Under the pieces are notes generated by a model. The model worked only from the letters and a program-made list of their open reading frames with translations, ran no database searches and was not told where the DNA came from. Below, piece by piece: positions 1-14,316 of a stretch of DNA of 64,000 bases; the stretch's first letter is position 1, and each line of letters starts with the position of its first letter. This stretch comes from Laetmonice hystrix (Eukaryota). A program made the position numbers and the translations under genes. Location: positions 7,936,001 to 8,000,000 of the forward strand of contig OZ249445.1 of assembly GCA_965235115.1 (NCBI GenBank), given 5' to 3'.

Positions 1-66
1 TGTTCAGACAGTGCTGCCATGTGCAAGTGGTGCTACAAGGGGTTATCGGGTAGGAGGAGGGCACTG

Positions 67-224
67 CCCTCCCAGGAGAGACTGTAGTATCTGCAATATT
101 GTAAAATTTAGTAAATCTACCCTAAAGTTTATCCCTCAACTTTATTAAAGTATTTGAACGACTTGAGTAGTTATGGCATATAAATTTCACAATTTTGCAG
201 ATACTGCAGTCTCTCCTGGGAGGG
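67..224. mobile_element. MITE-like/foldback element with 44-bp inverted termini
   Basis: 67-110 (ccctcccaggagagactgtagtatctgcaatattgtaaaattta) matches the reverse complement of 181-224 at 41/44 positions. The ~70-bp interior is AT-rich and non-coding; no clear TSD. Confidence 0.75.
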
Positions 225-635
225 TAGGACAGGTTATGATACATCAAATGGGAGACTTTCCGTTGTCGTATCACAGCCAGCCTGATGTGCGATGATTGAG
301 AAAAAGTAGTACGAGGCGCCAAAAAGATAAAGAAAATGGGGTTATGGAGGTTGATGCTTGGGCGTTGGAATACATAACGACCTCTTCGCTTAAAAAGGGT
401 GGGTTACATCCCCCTTTTACGACTTCTATCCATGTCCATGCATACAACATTGGTTATCGGGTGCTCACGCCCCAGATTCCAATATGTGCATGTTCGCCAA
501 GGGTGCACGTCCTGCGGGGCCGGACCACCGACCGGCCCCCCAGCCGTGCCGGGCGATCGATGCCAACTGAGGCCGTTGTAACCTGCCCCTCATCCCTCCG
601 GTCGGCTGGTTCTCCAGGGGGTCGGTGGGGGCAGG

Positions 636-1084
636 TTAATGGTAGGTGTAATGTATCGATGCCTGATGAATGACCCTCATGTCGGCTAATTTGCCGGCAC
701 CGTCCGGGGTCCCTCGCCCGCCGCCGGTGCTGTAATTGCCGCCGGTGTAGAGCCGCCAGCCGCCCGGTACGACCGTTACGTGTTGCCATAAATGAGCCTC
801 TCCTGGATACAATAGATGTGACATCGTTCCCGCTCAACGAGATGTTTAAATCTCTACCTTATTTTTCCCTGAATGTACTGACAGGTCGTATATGTAAATA
901 CCCACCTAGGGACTCGGAAGGGAACACGGCGCGGCCCCTATTCTTACTCACACTGAACGTAAATGTCGAGCCCAGATAATTAGTGCCCTTAACGAGACGC
1001 CACCTGACTGAGTGGAGGGTCGGAGTAGTCGGCAAGAAGTATGTCTCTCCTTGGACAACCTCATCAACGAGAACATAGGCATTA
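636..1084 (-). CDS. Candidate terminal exon(s) of an unidentified gene with beta/gamma-crystallin-like Greek-key motifs
   Basis: Exon-like 1084-952 (ttcaag| ... |GTGAGT) encodes ...SVRWRLVKGTNYLGSTFTFS. Segment ~830-636 encodes HVTVVPGGWRLYTGGNYSTG...*, matching the VxVxxGxWxLYxxxNY pattern. The exact splice junction is unresolved. Confidence 0.3.
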
Positions 1085-1096
1085 CTTGAAATCAAT

Positions 1097-1564
1097 GCAT
1101 TCACAGTCATCCTTGTTATGTCTCCCAACCAACCATTCACAGTCATCCTTGTTATGTCTCCCAACCAACCATTCACAGTCATCCTTGGTATGTCTCCCAA
1201 CCAACCATTCACAGTCATCCTTGGTATGTCTCCCAACCAACCATTCACAGTCATCCTTGTTATGTCTCCCAACCAACCATTCACAGTCATCTTTGTAATG
1301 TCTCCCTACCAACCATTCACAGTCATCCTTGTTATGTCTCCCAACCAACCATTCACAGTCATCCTTGTTATGTCTCCCAACCAACCATTCACAGTCATCC
1401 TTGTTATGTCTCCTAACCAACCATTCACAGTCATCTTTGTAATGTCTCCCTACCAACCATTCACAGTCATCCTTGTTATGTCTCTCAACCAACCATTCAC
1501 AGTCATCCTTGTTATGTCTCCCAACCAACCATTCACAGTCATCCTTGTTATGTCTCCCAACCAA
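1097..1564 (+). repeat. 36-bp minisatellite, ~13 copies (cattcacagtcatccttgttatgtctcccaaccaac)
   Basis: Head-to-tail units with few variants and no spacers. It explains the 12-aa-periodic ORFs on both strands. Confidence 0.97.
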
Positions 1565-4500
1565 TCTACCTCAAGAGAAAACATCTGTTACGCAGATGGG
1601 GGTATGGAGGAGGAAGAAATGTTAAAAACATTAATTATATACGGAACCGCCATTTCTATGTAATTACCCGTATAAATAAAAGCGCCGAGAGCCCCCTGGT
1701 CGATGGTTTCGGAGCTGACAGCGTCTCCAGTAGAGGCCTGCTCATGCAAGCCGAGGGCCAACTATATGGAGGGTTCTTCATTGCGGGTTCGAACCTTCCC
1801 GCCCACAGTGCTGGCGACTGGGTTTCAAAGGCTACATGACTGTGTCGACGCAGTGTTCTGTACGTATTTAACAACCCTTGTCAGGTATCAAAGACGGCAG
1901 TGGATCATGCCCCCGTGGGTAGGTTTATTTCTGATGTCATCCTTATCACCACCCCCATGAAATGGACCGAGGAGGACAAGTTGAAATACAAATTCTTGAG
2001 GTCAACATTTGCCGACAAGGCTAAAGCTACCAACTACTCGTTCACTCCTATGATATCACGTGACATTCTGTCAGTACGTCATGCGGAATCGGTTTCCGTT
2101 ATAACATCCCCATGTTACGCCCCCTGGTGGCGATAATTGAACCCAGGGCCGAAGGTCTCCGACTACTGTCACGGATTGTCACGGAGATAGACACGTCTGT
2201 GACCCGAACCGCACCCCGTGTAACAAAGGGTCTGTTCGTCCGACAGTGTCTGCCCGATATCATACCAAGAAATAGCCGTAAGGGACCGATTTTGTTGGGG
2301 GGGGGGGGGGGGGGGTACCCTGATCTGCATGTGACACATGACGTCATAATGACGTGATATCATAACGCTATGAGGTCTTAATGTTTGTATCATTTCTAGA
2401 CCTAACAGCGGAATACTGTCACATCTGTAGTAGTAGTATATGGAAATTAAGGTTAAAAGCAGGTTCTACAATTTTAACATTTCAGATAGCTGTATCTTGG
2501 AAACAGTGTCAGATAGGCCTACGGTTACTATTGACTACGAATAGGAACTCGTATGGCTTCCCTCGGGCACCATTGCCGCTGGCCTGGAGTGAACCTGAAA
2601 GGTCAAACGAGGTCATGGGTATATTTAACATAATTTCCAGAAGGGTGTATCTTGGAATACTATTAAACATAGATATGACGTCGTATATATGCCCTTTCAT
2701 TTGACATTATTACTACACCTTTGGAGTGCTTTCCAAGTTCAAGTCAGGTCATGCGTACATTAAGCACAATTTCAAGAGGTTATATCTAGCATAGGGTGCG
2801 ACATAGGCGTACAGAAAGTCATATGATCTTTCATTTGGCGTCCTATCTTGTGACGTATAGAATGACGTAGACAGGAGAATGGGATCGGTTGTTGCCCTGC
2901 AACAACTTGCCTCCATAATTGCAAATGTACATCTTGGATTCCAAAAGCTTTGGAGATCTAGAAGACGATTAGTATTATCGAATGATACTGAGTTACTATA
3001 CGATAATGAGATGTAACAAAAACAAAATGATAGGATTTAAATCCAGCTCGACCCGCACGTTAACATTCTACATGCTGATTTTAAATAGTTCATTAGGTGT
3101 CTGATAATTACGCTCCATGAATATCGAATCTTCTCTTTTAGATGGCAGTTCTAGCAGTTCATGAAAACGACTGATTCCCTGCTGCAGAATGCGGATCGGA
3201 TGACGGCAAATTACGTAAAACAGTACATAAATATGTCTCTCTGGCGTGATTTCAGTGGGATTTATAATGAATACTGGATCGCACTGAAGGAAGATTACAA
3301 AGGCTGACAAAGTGCTCCCTAAAATTGCCTGGTACGATCATGACTAGAGAGGGGCCTTTGGGCGACACGTGTACAGATGAGACCAGTAGGAGAATCCTAA
3401 TGGGTATTGATGGAAGTACTTCTACTCCCTTTATCCTATAATGATAGAACAGTAAAATCGTAGTCCACATCACAAAGCCTTTGATGGATTTAGGGAACAT
3501 TAAAATCTACTAATTATTGATAATATTGTTAAAACATGTGCTTTCACTGTAGAATAGGTGGGGATGATGCCGATGCTATTGTCGATGGTGTTTCTATACC
3601 CCAAGGTTTCACTCGACCATAGAACATGTGTACATTGGTCGCCCCTCTTGGAATAAGGGTGAAGGTGAAAAAATACCTAAAGAATATGCAACATGTATTG
3701 GAGGGTAAATATATATAACTCAATGCTGAGACCAGAATTTTACTATCAAATTTCGATGTATCTACTATCATAACAACCCCGTCTTATTGTCCATAATTAG
3801 AAGCCTCATCAATACCAAAGCGCCACTGCTTCAAACAGCACCGGTAATGCTACATTTCTATGACGAATCCTTCCGCTGTATTAACAGCACATTCACGTGT
3901 GCAACGAATAAAAGGGAATGAACGGAAAGATGATGGTAAGAGTAAATCGAAAGATCGTTCGCTTTCCATAGCGGCGAGCAATGGAATTATGGCCGCCACA
4001 TGCAGCTGATAAGTTGCCGACCGATGGGAGCTGAAGATCCAATATTAAGTGACACATGCCATGGATGTCGAGATGATCCTAGGCCAACTGGCCCGGGGTC
4101 ACCTTGGCCCCTGCGGTCATCACCTTGAACCTGAATTGGGGGTGGGGGGAGGGGTGGTAGAAGAAACTACATCTGCATTGGCTCGATAGTCTACGTAGAC
4201 AGCGCATGGTGCAAATTGCGAGACACCAGGCGAAGTTTCCTGTGCATTATACATGACCGGTTTACCGTACTGATCTCAAAGAACCGTGCGCAGAATAACA
4301 AGTGGGGACTGAGGGCCTGCCTCTTAATATGGGGCACTAACTCTGACTGATCACAACCAACCGTGAAAAGAAGTCCCCTCCAAGGCAAAGAACGCAAGGA
4401 GGCATAGATAGCACGGATTAAGACCCTGGTCTTCTTTTAGGCAGGACGATATCTCGCGAGTCAGGTCACGTGCTGCGCGAATGTACTGCCATTTGCGGCG

Positions 4501-7500
4501 CGGAGGAGCGCATCACAGGAAGGGAAACCGGATCACTCGGGGGTCAGGATATATGGGCGTGTGCCATGCATCAATTACTTCCGACCTGTCGCGGTAAATT
4601 TGGACGAGGAATTATCAGCAACTGATAATCACTGCTGTACACATGATACCGTGCCAAGAGGACTTGGTCTCCGGCAGGCTTTGGTCGATCGAATACGCAA
4701 GGAATCCTTTTTCAAAAGCGTCGAGGGTTGCTTTGAACATCGATGTTGGCAAAGAGTCTAATTCCTCACGCTAATAAAACTCATCTTCTTTGAGACGCCC
4801 GGGAAGAATCCACTCTGGTTAATGAGTGCATCTTGGGTGAATCGGCCGTCGTGATCCCTCGCGGTGAGGAGGCTGGTGGTGTAGGCACTAGCACGAGCAT
4901 GTAAACAAGCGTCGCTTGTGCAGCCTCTCATGCCTGGCCCACTGGTACGACAAGGCATTGTTGAAGCTCGAGCGAGCAGAATAATTGCAGTCGCAAGCTG
5001 ACGGTAGCATTACCAGCTCGGTAGTATACTCTACAGACAGACGACCGTTATGTCACCGAGGTGTTCGTTTATTACGTATCTATATGTAGGCAGACCGTGC
5101 CCAAGCAATGTGGCAAATCTGTCAAAGTCCCACAATTTGTGTTCCATCTCATGCCAGACCTGAGGTCGAGGCTGTGCCACCAGAATAATGCGGGGCCAAA
5201 GGGCCAGTCGTGCTGGCAAAACCACTTCACTTCGCGACCCTCAGGAAATGGGCAAGCAAAAGGTCGATTGGACGGACTCATGACATCGGATTAAAGCAGA
5301 ATACAAAATCGATCAACAATTGTCGTGAATGTGACAACTACTATTTACAGCCCATTCTCCGGCTCTAAGTCTGTCTGGTTATGATCGTCAAGATATACAT
5401 GTATGGCGCCAACTACGATCACGTAAACTACACACGTACAATGATCCGGGATACAAAAGGTTGGCTGGTACTGGTTCGGAATTCCATTCTAGCTATTCTC
5501 ATTAATCAAGGCTATTGCAAAAATAGCTTTGTAGCTTTGATTGTCACTGGCATGGGGATCATGATGTCCACATTCATTTATCACATGGGGCTACATATTA
5601 ATGCGTAAAAACTCTGTTAATTATAGCAATATTATTTAACGAATAATGATGATATGCCTACACAGGACTACCAATCTGTGTAATTGGAAAAATGGTCATT
5701 CATAATGTTTTGTAAATAAAGCAAAGAAATACATATTCGGCATGTTCCATAGCAACAGTAAAATATTCAAGGTCTGTGACGCAAAATACCCAATTTTAAT
5801 CTCGTGGTGCAAAATGATAGTGAATTACCTGAGTAATTGTTGCTGTAGCCGGGCGACTGTTGGTCTTGTTGAGGGCGAGCACGTCATATTTCTCTTGTTA
5901 ATGATGATGGCGGAGATATCAGGAATACGGCTGCACACCGACGATCTGAAGTATGAGTATAATTATATACCTTTACCCACTACCACCATGGCATGTTAGG
6001 AATGTCTCGGTCGATGATGTTCTACTAATTAGCAGGTTGACTCATTAAAAAAACCTCATTGATTGCTGTTTTATGCACGGATGTACCTGCCATATGGTAC
6101 AGCAGGCGGGATCTACTCCAATTATTGGGTCTGATACTCAAAGGTTGTATAACATGTTCCCACACTGCCGATAAACTAAGCAGGGTAATGAATAGCAGGG
6201 GTTCGTGACGTAATGAATCCCATTACTCGGACCGAACAATAGACAACCTTCCTGGATGTCTCCATCTTTACTTTGGTGGTAAGATGGTTGAATTCAGGCG
6301 GTTTAAACTCAGATCGGCTCGACCAGACAGCATACTTTGACGAAGCTATCCACGGCAGCTGGCTGCAATCGACGGTACAGCAATAACCTCAGGCCACCTC
6401 GCCAGCTTTACCCGATCCGCACGTGGCTGAGTGGGTCCAAATTTGTTTTATATCATTTGCTCATGAAATGGTCTATTTATATCAAGCTCACCAATCAACC
6501 AGAAGGGCCAGAGAAGGATCAGAGTGACCAGATATAAATCGTTCGCTATATTACGTTACCCTGTGCCTTAGATCATATTCCGTAGCACCTCAATCACATT
6601 TATCAGCTAGGATCTCACAAGCTAACAGTGACTGGCACGGTGGTGTAGCTGTGGTCTAGCCCGCCCCTGCTCACACCCTACATTGCTACACCAGACGAGG
6701 GGGGCTCTCACTTGAGGGAGAGGACTTCCTCCTCTGTCACAGTGGTGACCGTTACGCGGGGACATTGACCGTCCATGTTGTGGAGTAGGAATAAGCTTGA
6801 TCTACGATAATGCTCTGTTGTTTCCCTCAATTTCAAGTTCTCCAGTTTTCCCATCATATAGAATTGTCATTTCAAGGCGTTTATGTGTATGGAGCGCCTT
6901 TATATCCAACACTGGAGCAGATTATGGTCCGATGTTTCTTGCACTGATTTGGCAGTTTGATATCCGAACCAATGTATGAAAACAATTTTCACAGATCACA
7001 TTGGCAACCCCCCAATACATCACTCTGTTTGCTATTCACCATGCTAGGAAGTCACATTATTATCAACCCTACGGTATCCAATTACTGTGGAAGATTCTCT
7101 CTATCGACCTCTGGGGACTGACTGGGCAAAACGGACCCCAAGCAAAGATTGCCTGTATTTGCCACCAAAATCGCCTCCTCTCCTCTGGGAGCTCTTATTC
7201 CGTGGGACCTTGGGTCGGTCTGTATAATTGACGCGGGAGCGGGAGAGGGAGGTCGAGGGCAAGCATGGAAACGGAAACAGGCAGAGTGGCACTCTCATAC
7301 TGGAGATTTTGTTTGATGAGAATATGGTTGTTGTGTCTAAACCACTGGATGGATTGTGTGTTCCGTTGGTTGTGAACCTTTGAGTATTGACGTGTCAATG
7401 GTCGCCAGTCGTGGCCACATGATGGCATGGAACAGGAGAGGGGCGTGTGGACATCCACGGCTGGTGAGTTTGTCGGAAAACTAGCAGGCGACGATAATGT

Positions 7501-9384
7501 CAGAATAATCGTTCAGGACCATTCCCTGGGGAAAGGATGTTACCATACGGCTCCGTCTCATGGTAGTTGATGGCATAACACCTGTCAAACATACGAGGGC
7601 TTGCTGGATAGCAATAACAATGAAAAACGTGCCAATTTCCATCTGCTGCACTCCCCCAAAATTTAGATGAAAATTTTATAACGTGATATCTCAAAAGAGA
7701 CTAAGATTGTGAGAATCTCGAATGGCAGACATGGCAGGTATTGACTGGAAAAGACAAAGGCGCTGGAATTACGAGGCATCTGTTCCACATGTGACTCAGC
7801 AGAACAATTCGGTGTTTGAATTTCTTGTTATTCTCATTATGAGCCTCACAAACATGGCAAAATGATACTCAAACCAGGCATTCACTCTCCAATTAATCCA
7901 GGTAATTGATGTACAAATGACAGAGGGGAAACATTTGCCTCTGGCAAGTGCAGACAAAAATTCAGTCAGCCCTCATAGACTACTCAAACAATAAGGCCAC
8001 TTCAATGTTTCAGCACTGACTGCAATTGCATTAGAAAGCCCTCTTTGTATGGCTATGACAAATACTTCTTATCGTTGAAACACAGCCATTGGCAGCATAA
8101 GAACCTCAACAACAGGACTAATGCTAATCTATGGGAGCGAACCGCCAAGCTTACAGCGTGTTTCTTGGCGTGCGATGGGATTTCTTTGCGGCGCGAATGT
8201 CAATGACGGGATTAGGAATCGCTTTTGATGCCCAGTCACGGAGGGAGGGCTGTGGTGTCTATTGAAACGACAGTGTCTTCTACTACATCAGAGCCCCCTG
8301 GCGGCGGTCAACAGGGACTGATTGCCACCAGATCAGGGAGGTACTGTAATGCCGCTCCAGTGCTCTCCAAGCAAAGCTGGCGCACTTGAATGATACTATC
8401 ACTTTAATGAGGTCTGTTCTGTAAACATCCATTCCCACCAAATAATCCCAATCAATGCAGGGGTTTCATATCTTAGTTCGTTGGAGACATTCATTTGCTT
8501 ATGCAGTAAAGTAGCATGTAACTATATTCATGTATATACGCTTATACATATTACGCATATACATATTCAAATGATTGCACAAACTGACCGCCTTGATATG
8601 ATCCTACCTGTTGCTGAGAGGGTAACCCCCAGTCCCATTCCTACCCCAACCCCAGGGTTGACCGCCTCAGGTATAGTCAGAGTTATATCGAGGTAGTCCC
8701 TATCATTGTGAGAGAAACCGAGGTATCTCTGCGCTTCCTTAACGTTTGTAATTGTACGACTGACCAAATCTGGTTGGTCGTATCGCACAATGCAGAACCG
8801 ATCTCTCGAATATAGAAAAATGTCAGGCACATGCCGACAGCATACTAGAAATCTGTCCTGATATAAACCACACTTTCAAAAGTACACCACTTTGTACAGT
8901 CAAGCCCTGCTATTAAAGATGCACCCCTTACGGACAGCGTGTATCTTACATATTATACCATTAGGATCTCATTAAGGGGCGACGACTGCCGAACAATTTG
9001 CATGGGATTAGCATATCAGTGCCTAGCAAAGCTATCAACGGTGAGCTCTTCCATACAGGATTGCCAGAGTGAGGATGATGGTTTCCCTTTAAATGATTTA
9101 ATGACAACTTTATTATTAAAATGGTTTTTCGTCTGTTGAGCGTCGTCTTGATGTTATCCGTACAATAAATGTGTCAAGAATGATAGCAGCATCAGGTCTG
9201 AGTTAAAAATCTTAAACTAATGAATAAATCAACAATAGATGATGCAGAAATGTAGCGAAGGAAAGATTAGCGTGCTACAAAACAGGCATTCTCCTGATTC
9301 TAAGGCCAAACGAATCTTTAATATTCAATCAACTGTATAAAACATCCAGCGATAAATCCATGCTGCGTCCGTTCTTTTCATAAG

Positions 9385-9440
9385 AGAGACAGAGAGAGGG
9401 ACAGACAGACAGGGACAGAGAGACAGAAGGGGGGGGGGGG
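9385..9440 (+). repeat. (GA/GACA)n low-complexity tract plus poly-G
   Basis: gagagacagagagagggacagacagacagggacagagagacagaagggggggggggg. Confidence 0.85.
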
Positions 9441-12400
9441 TCATAGAACAAACTTGCATATAGAACTTGCAAACATGAGATGAACCTGGAAATCAACCGG
9501 AAGAGAAGACACTTTCGATTTCCACGGTTACAAAATATAGTCCTGAGACGAGCAAAGTTGGATTTTGGAGTTGGACTCTTTCTTGGAGAAGGCAACCGGA
9601 ATACCCGTGTAAAACCATCGACAGTAGGTAACACAAGAGGAGGGCAATGTTATCGATGTTTATCTAAGTTACTTTGTTACCGAGGCACACCTTTTCTCTA
9701 AATATACGTTGTGTGAGCGGTGAATTGATGCATCAATGTTCCCCTTGGTCTGATACAGAATACCATGAAGACGGATATACAGTACTCAGTGGCGAAAAAA
9801 ATAACAAACACATTTCTTAGGGATTTTTTAAACAGCATGCATATCATTACTTTTGCTCGGATCGGCGTGAGCCAAGCGATTTAATCTACTGATCTTATCA
9901 CTTCTTTACGTTTGACGTGCCGACTGATGGGACGTTTTCCCATGGAAGACGAATTCTTCTTCTATTTAGGTAATGCTTCACTTTCATTAACGGTCTGAAT
10001 CAAACAGGAACCGGAAACCGAAGTATATTATTCAAGAGAACAAAATGTGGAACCAGCAATAAAAATAGTCCCAATTAATGGATGAAAATAAAAAAAAACA
10101 GACATGCAGGATTAAATCTTTTTATAAGGCCTGGTTTTGTTTCTCATCAGTAGAGAGACGTCCTTCACGGGATACATTGGTAGTAAAGGACACCATTTTG
10201 TTTTCGATCACACTCACGCTTTAAGCAGCGACACCTAAGCGTAGGAAGAAGAGCAATCAAAGATGTTCTCGACTTTGGAGATTCCCCACGTTTGCCAATA
10301 TCGTTAGCACTACTTGCCACGTATTTCCCAGTAGCTAACCCGCCTTGGTTCTATGTGACGACATAAAGGCGCTTGCCGGCTGGGGAGATATTGAAAAACA
10401 GATCAATCAAAGCCCGAAAACTCAATAATGATGACTGTTTGGAGGCTATATTGGATAAGGCACGCTGGAAGATAACCCGTTTTGCAATTTATCTCTGTTG
10501 ACTTGCGACCGTCATTGCGAAACATGTGGTCGTAATAAAGTTTGGCCTGGACGGCGGCTAGTCTGCTTGTGACGGGTCGAGTCAGTCTCGGTCAGTCTAA
10601 TGTTAGCACCGCCACTGGCACGCCTTGCTGCTCGGGATGGAGTACTGACTACGATGCTAGAGTGTTAATCTACACCATGTAATCATCGCTCTGGTAACAA
10701 TTAACACCGAAACAGACTTTCTTACCTACCATTCATTAGAGGGAGGAGCCATGGCGTCTTCCATTTGATTAGTGTGGCAAATCGGATTTCATCTATAAGC
10801 ACCAATTGATCATGTGTCGCGGGATGAACAATGGCGAAACTTTCGGAGTGCTATATAAACCTAAACTACTGCCATGTATGGTTCAACAAGTACGATAAGG
10901 AAAAGTCTGGACAGAAATCCGCGCCTCCATGGAACATGAATTAGGTTAACAGACCGGTCAGAACAATTGTTGACGTCTTGGGTGACATTAACGGATCGTG
11001 TAGACGTCGTCGCCGGCTTTTATGCCACAGCAAACGATCCAGTGCCGTTCCTCTTATATAGTGTTAAACCTACTTCATCAAGTGGTTCGGCCCCCCGTGT
11101 TCTGTGCCACAGTTGATAGTTTCCTTTATTGACAGTGCCATGAATCGACCGGTAGTTTTGATGAATTACTTGACATGAGGCATTTCCTTTGGTTTACCTG
11201 GTAAGGGCTGTTTATTGCCTGCTATCGTTTCATAACCCTGACCGACTACAAGCGTTAACCTTGCTCTTAGACCCACAGAAAGATCATCTTTTGTATTCGT
11301 AATATTGGCTTTTACTCCCACACCCACCCCTCTACTGGCAGTCTCCATGCATATAAAAGCTGCTGTGAATAGGTAAAGCCGGCCCGATTGGGCGGGAAAT
11401 AAGAGTGGGTGACTTTGATAGATTCAGTATTATCATGCCTGTGTCAGGCGACAGACCACGATGGAGCGGCACACATCCTCCGCCTGCAGTAGGAGCGGTG
11501 ATGACTTTCCCATTATACCCTTATCCATCAGTTTGTCTTGCCACGCCGACTTGCCGTGATGACCCCCTCCTCCTGTTGCGACATTGATTGATGTTCCTCC
11601 ATTGGGTAATATTTACATTGTGATCGAAGATAAAGTTCCCGCTTTGTGAGCACCAATTGTACACTCCACGAGTACATTCAAGCCACTCTCACACCGAGTA
11701 TAATTTCTGAACAGCACCTCAAATGTTGAACTATTGCCACTATACCAAGCGCGCCTGCCCCAATTTAAACTTTCCATATACTACTCATAAGAAGAGTAAG
11801 TAGTTTATGAAAAGTACACTTTGCGGCAGGACTCATTATGTCGGCTGGCTGTTTGGCGTTTCCAGTCAAGCCGAAATATAAAGGCTATTTTTCAAGGGTG
11901 ACAGCTTTCTAGTTTTCCTTTGCAGCCTGTAGACATAATTGAGGTTATCCGACCGAAAACGTACCTCTAGGTCCCAATACCCTTTTCCCATTTAGATGGC
12001 AGTGAATTTTGCATATGCCCAGTCGTGGGATGTCCGAAGGCCTCCCATACTATCTGTATTATATCTTATGAACAATATCGAAATATTTGCTATAAGTATC
12101 GGATTTATTATAAATGACGGTAATGAACCTGGTAAGGCTGCGATCTTATGTTTTCCTCGTCTTTCATTAAAAGGACATTGGATTCTGACAGCCAGCAAAC
12201 ACATAGGCCCAATACTCCTGGTATAATATACTCACTAATAACACCCTTGTGTACAATCAGATCCATAGAATCCCCCAGATGGCTGTCAGTAAATGCGTTC
12301 GCAATTTTCCTTGCCTTTTTTCTTATTTCTTTGTTTTCCCCCCGATATATTCATCGGAACTGTTTTCCCATTGCTCCTCCACAGGATGGTGTGAGATGGG

Positions 12401-14046
12401 AGTTTCATGAAGCCAGGGAGAGTGGGCACCCCCAGCGGGCGGTGCCCATCCCATGTGGCCCAGACGACAGACCGGGGGGAAATTGGTGGCTTGTGGTTGA
12501 ACGTGATTCATCTCTCTCAAACACAAACACAAATACAAACGGAAATTACCGACACTGAATTATAACACACATCCGTTCGCCATGCAAGCGGGTCTCGAAG
12601 CGAGCGGGTTGTTAATTAAAACGCGGCCCTGATATTGATGGCTGGTGCCCGAGGCCTCAGTAGGAAAACTAGGCAGGGATCTACGTGTAACCCTTCCGAT
12701 TTAGTCTCGCACTCCAGCCAACCAACCCCTACAACACGGCCCGCAATTTAACTTCGTAACAGGTCGACGAGGGCGACGGGGTCTGAGACCGCCCAATGTG
12801 TGGGTTAGGGTGGCCGCGGTCTGCTGAGGGACGGACGTGGATCCACAGGTTAACGACCTGTTTGCGTGCCTCCATCGCGTCGGGCAACAGGAAAGTATCC
12901 AATATTCTCCAACGACGAGGGTCACTAAATGACTAATCCCTTCTTTAGGTGAGACCCAGTTTCCTCGGCCGCTCAGTCAGGCCGATGGGGATCCCAAAGG
13001 TTCAATGCTAACAGTCAATATTTCTGACTTACAGGCCGCTTGGTCAGGCCCCTGACTGATGACTAAATAAAGTTTTAGTTGAAAGGAAATTCGAAACAAT
13101 GCAATCAACAGGTAAACAAGAACGAATTGTCTGGAACTGAGAAAGATGTCACAGTAGCTGTTGTAATAAACAACTGCCATGATTCCCGCTTCATTAGCCT
13201 GATGAACACTAAGCACATTAAGCATTAAGCGGCCCTCCAGCATCATACGCATCCCTGCCTGTGGCATTTGTAATGAACCCACCTCATTTATTCCTGTCCT
13301 TAAAGATTTCCATGTGGCTCTTTTACCTCAAACTCAGTCACACTCTGATGTGAACTGACCTAAATGAGGCAGCGTTTCGTGCACCAACACCGCATATTCC
13401 GGTAAGATTCATAAAAGAAACCCTATGCAAAATTAAATGTTTAAAATTCACCAGAATTCTTTTTGATTCGTTGCTGATTTGAAACCACGCACATACCCTA
13501 AAGTATGTATGTCATATTCACACAAAAAACATGTTCGCTATTCCAGCGTCCTCTATTAACTTCATTACCTAAGCATTCATTTAATTATTAATGCATTCCG
13601 CTGAATGTTAAACCAGTTCCCTTAGTGGAGCTGACAATCGAGGCTGAACCCCCCGCACACGAGAATATGTAACATCTGCTAGCAGCAGACTGGTTGGTGT
13701 TGACTAGAGAGTTGGGGTTACCTCGGAGATTCCGTATTTAGATGGATGGCCGTGATGAACACGTGTCAAGCACTCATCTATTAGGGTGCAATGATTTATC
13801 GCCAGAGGTGCTATGGTCACAGCGCCATCGCGTCGGCTTTTAAATCATAGATCAGCTGTAGGTTGAGTTCTGATACGGCTGCAGCGCGTGATGTGTTAAT
13901 GTTACGGCACTGCAGGTCTGAACTTTGTCAGTAACGTAAAGTGAGGTTTTATGAGGAATCCGGTCTCAGCCTCTCTCCATACAGTACCCTTCCGACTCAC
14001 TCATATATCCTAGGCATAACGTGTAATCGTAATCATATAAATGAGC

Positions 14047-14063
14047 CCGCTAGAGGGCGCCAC
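14047..14063 (+). promoter_or_regulatory. CTCF-consensus-like motif (CCGCTAGAGGGCGCCAC)
   Basis: Matches the CCRSYAGRKGGCRS core. A second match, CCGCCAGGTGGCGT, lies on the minus strand at 33048-33061. Motif match only. Confidence 0.35.
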
Positions 14064-14167
14064 TATACGATGTGTTGGCCGCTACGCTTCAATGAATCAG
14101 GCGGGTTTCTGTTACTTTCCCTACGAGGGGTCAGTTACTTGACCCGTCAGGTGTAGACACAGGCGCA

Positions 14168-14277
14168 TCTCTCTCTGTCTGTCTCTGCCCCTCTCCGCCC
14201 TTCTGTCTTTGCCCCTCTATGTCTCTCCCCATCTCTCCCTCTCTTTTTCTGTCTGTCTGTCTGTCTGCCTGTCTGTA

Positions 14278-14316
<39 letters not shown>
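14168..14316 (+). repeat. Compound (CT)n/(CTGT)n microsatellite
   Basis: Visible CT and CTGT runs. Confidence 0.95.

Noticed and set aside
1097-1564. 36-bp repeat as a CRISPR array
   Set aside because: The units are contiguous with no unique spacers, there are no cas genes, and the context is eukaryotic.
859-1663. Long periodic ORFs (143, 160, 181 aa) as real proteins
   Set aside because: They are a by-product of a 3n minisatellite open on both strands.
1782-1801. GGTTCGAAC B-box as part of a tRNA or SINE
   Set aside because: There is no A-box or cloverleaf upstream.
1561-2136. Plus-strand frame of ~190 codons with a single TGA (readthrough or selenoprotein?)
   Set aside because: It has no recognisable domain, start or SECIS, and about one such stretch is expected by chance across six frames of 64 kb.
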